From NCBI GenBank assembly GCA_963727185.1, contig CAVSFP010000009.1:221702-285701 (forward strand): a stretch of DNA of 64,000 nt, in the 5' to 3' direction. The translations under genes were made by a program, and so were the position numbers. The DNA is from an uncultured Actinomycetes bacterium (lineage in GTDB: Bacteria > Actinomycetota > UBA4738 > HRBIN12). Position 1 is the stretch's first letter; each line of letters opens with the position of its first letter. Below, piece after piece: positions 62,545 through 64,000 of the stretch. The notes under the pieces were generated by a model. It was not told the origin of the DNA. It did not search any database and saw only the letters and a list, made by a program, of their open reading frames with translations.

Positions 62545-63832
62545 TCACGGCTGATCCTTCCCACGCTCCTCTTCTTCCCGCTGCAGCTGGAGCCGGCGTT
62601 GGCTGCTCATCGCCTGCTTGTAGTGGAGCCGCTTCGCGCTGGTCGCGTCGAACGCGCCCTCCTCCAGGAACGGCAGGTCCTCCTCGATGTCGGCGGCCAG
62701 GCGCGTGAGCTCCTCGGCGTTCGGCGACCCGGCGGCGTGCGACCGGAGCTCGTCGGCCGCTTCGCGGAGCACGGTCTTCGCACCCTCGAAGTCACCCTGC
62801 TGCGCGCGACCCCGCGCGTCGCGCTGGGCCCTCGCCGAGCGCAGGATCACGACCTCCTCGCTCACCTCGGTGTCCAGGCCGGCCGCGGCCGCCTCGTCGG
62901 ACGAGACCAGGTTCACGTTCAGCGGGATCCGGGTCTCGTGCTGCTCGATCTGCTCGCCGATCGAGACGTAGCGCAGCACGACCTCGCCGATCGTGGTCGG
63001 GCCGAGCGTCGGGAGCGACGGCACGTGCAGCGCGAACACGACCCGCCGGGTCTCGCCGCCGTACGCGTCGCCCAGCTGCGTCTGGACGCCACCGTCCACC
63101 TGGACGCACGGGAACTCGTTCAGGACGCCGAGCACCTGCACGTGCTCCGAGCCCCGCACCTCGACGCTCAGGTTCTGCGCCACCAGCGAGACCAGGTCTG
63201 AGAACTCCTTCGCGAAGATGCCGGGCGCGTCGTCGGGCGAGGCGGCATGGTGCGCGCTGCCGCCCGTCGCCATCGCGGTCAGGAGCTCCTCGTCGAAGTC
63301 GTCGCCGAACCCGATCGTGGTGGTGCCCGACGCGCTGGCTCTGCACGGCGCCGTCGGCGAGCGAGACCAGCGAGGGCGCGTCCGTGACGCCGACGTTCGC
63401 CAGGCCGTCGGTCAGCAGCAGGATCTTGCGGATCGCGCCGCGCTCGTCGGCGGCGCCCAGGACCTCGAAGCCCTTCATCCAGCCGCCCGACAGGTTCGTC
63501 TGCCCGCCGGGGCCGATCGACGCGATCGCGGGCGCGAGCGTCGACGTCGGGTTCGCGAGCGGCGACACCAGCCGGACCTGATCGTCGTACGTGATCAGCG
63601 CGATCCGGTCGGTCGGAGCCAGCCGGCGGGCGAGGAACGCGGCGCACTCCTTCGTGACGTCGAGCTTCCGCCCCGCCATCGAGCCGGAGCGGTCGATCAC
63701 GAGCGCCAGGTCGAGCGGCGTGCGCGTGTCGGCGCCGGGCGCTGCCGGACTCGTGATCTCGAGCATGCAGTGGACGTCGTGCTCGGACTCCACGGCGAGC
63801 AGGGCGTGTTCGAAGCGAGCGGAGAGATGCAT
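62545..63832 (-). pseudogene. von Willebrand factor type A (VWA) domain protein, single frameshift (or sequencing indel)
   Basis: The N-terminal ORF 62792..63832 has the MIDAS motif LVIDRSGSM and ..LLTDGLAN. After ..LADGAVQSQRV the sense continues in another frame (GTTTIGFGDDFDEELLTAMATGGSAHHA.., ORF 62545..63273). The join is at about 63,300-63,320. Confidence 0.7.
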
Positions 63833-64000
63833 CGGGGGCCTCCTAGCGTTCGGGGGAAGACGCTTCGAAGGAGAGTGTCACCCAGGCCACTGACACGAAC
63901 AGACGTTCGATGGGTTAAGAGGGAGAACGGCCCTTCATGGCGACCTCCTTGCAGTCTGCTGCGTCGCGATCGGCGGAACCTCCAGCATGCTCAACCGAAG

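Overview
High-GC (roughly 68-75% by hand counts on sample lines) chromosomal segment that looks Actinomycetota-like. This is an inference from composition, frequent GTG/TTG starts, 4-nt start/stop overlaps and family content (MmpL, LAL-type LuxR regulators, DUF4386, class III cyclases). No rRNA, tRNA, CRISPR array, transposase or integrase could be supported.

Layout, left to right:
- Sugar block (1-6 kb): CUT1-type ABC permeases plus MsiK-like ATPase, a xylulokinase and a PMI-like cupin.
- Envelope and miscellaneous genes (6-9.5 kb): DUF4239 protein, a secreted two-domain cupredoxin and small membrane proteins.
- A heavily frameshifted kup K+ transporter pseudogene (9.5-11.3 kb), followed by an intact MmpL transporter.
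- Two tandem VapBC-like toxin-antitoxin pairs and an ABC-2 exporter (13.7-16.9 kb).
- A lower-GC patch of small HTH/hypothetical ORFs (20.4-23.9 kb).
- An eight-gene, translationally coupled minus-strand operon (24.0-33.2 kb): GntR/HutC regulator, Dpp-type permeases, fused ATPase, bicupin, family-5 binding protein, Gfo/Idh/MocA oxidoreductase and ROK kinase. It carries two arrays of three 11-bp-phased GACCAGT repeats.
- A duplicated module (34.5-47.3 kb): P-loop/TPR/LuxR (LAL/STAND-like) regulator plus a downstream membrane-anchored tandem-repeat protein. Each copy sits divergently next to a different class III nucleotidyl cyclase.
- An ArsR/ArsO-like pair (48.8-50.3 kb).
- An ~11-kb lower-GC island (50.5-61.5 kb) bounded by an exact 18-bp direct repeat. 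Most genes of a peptide/amino-acid catabolic cluster inside it are frame-disrupted.
- GNAT, a gene remnant and a frameshifted VWA gene at the right edge.

The most interesting candidate for an undescribed system is the twice-occurring trio of cyclase, STAND-LuxR regulator and variable membrane-anchored repeat protein. The two small proteins share a near-identical TM anchor but carry unrelated tandem-repeat C-termini.

Coordinates taken from the ORF track are exact. Motif coordinates indexed by hand may be off by 1-2 nt.
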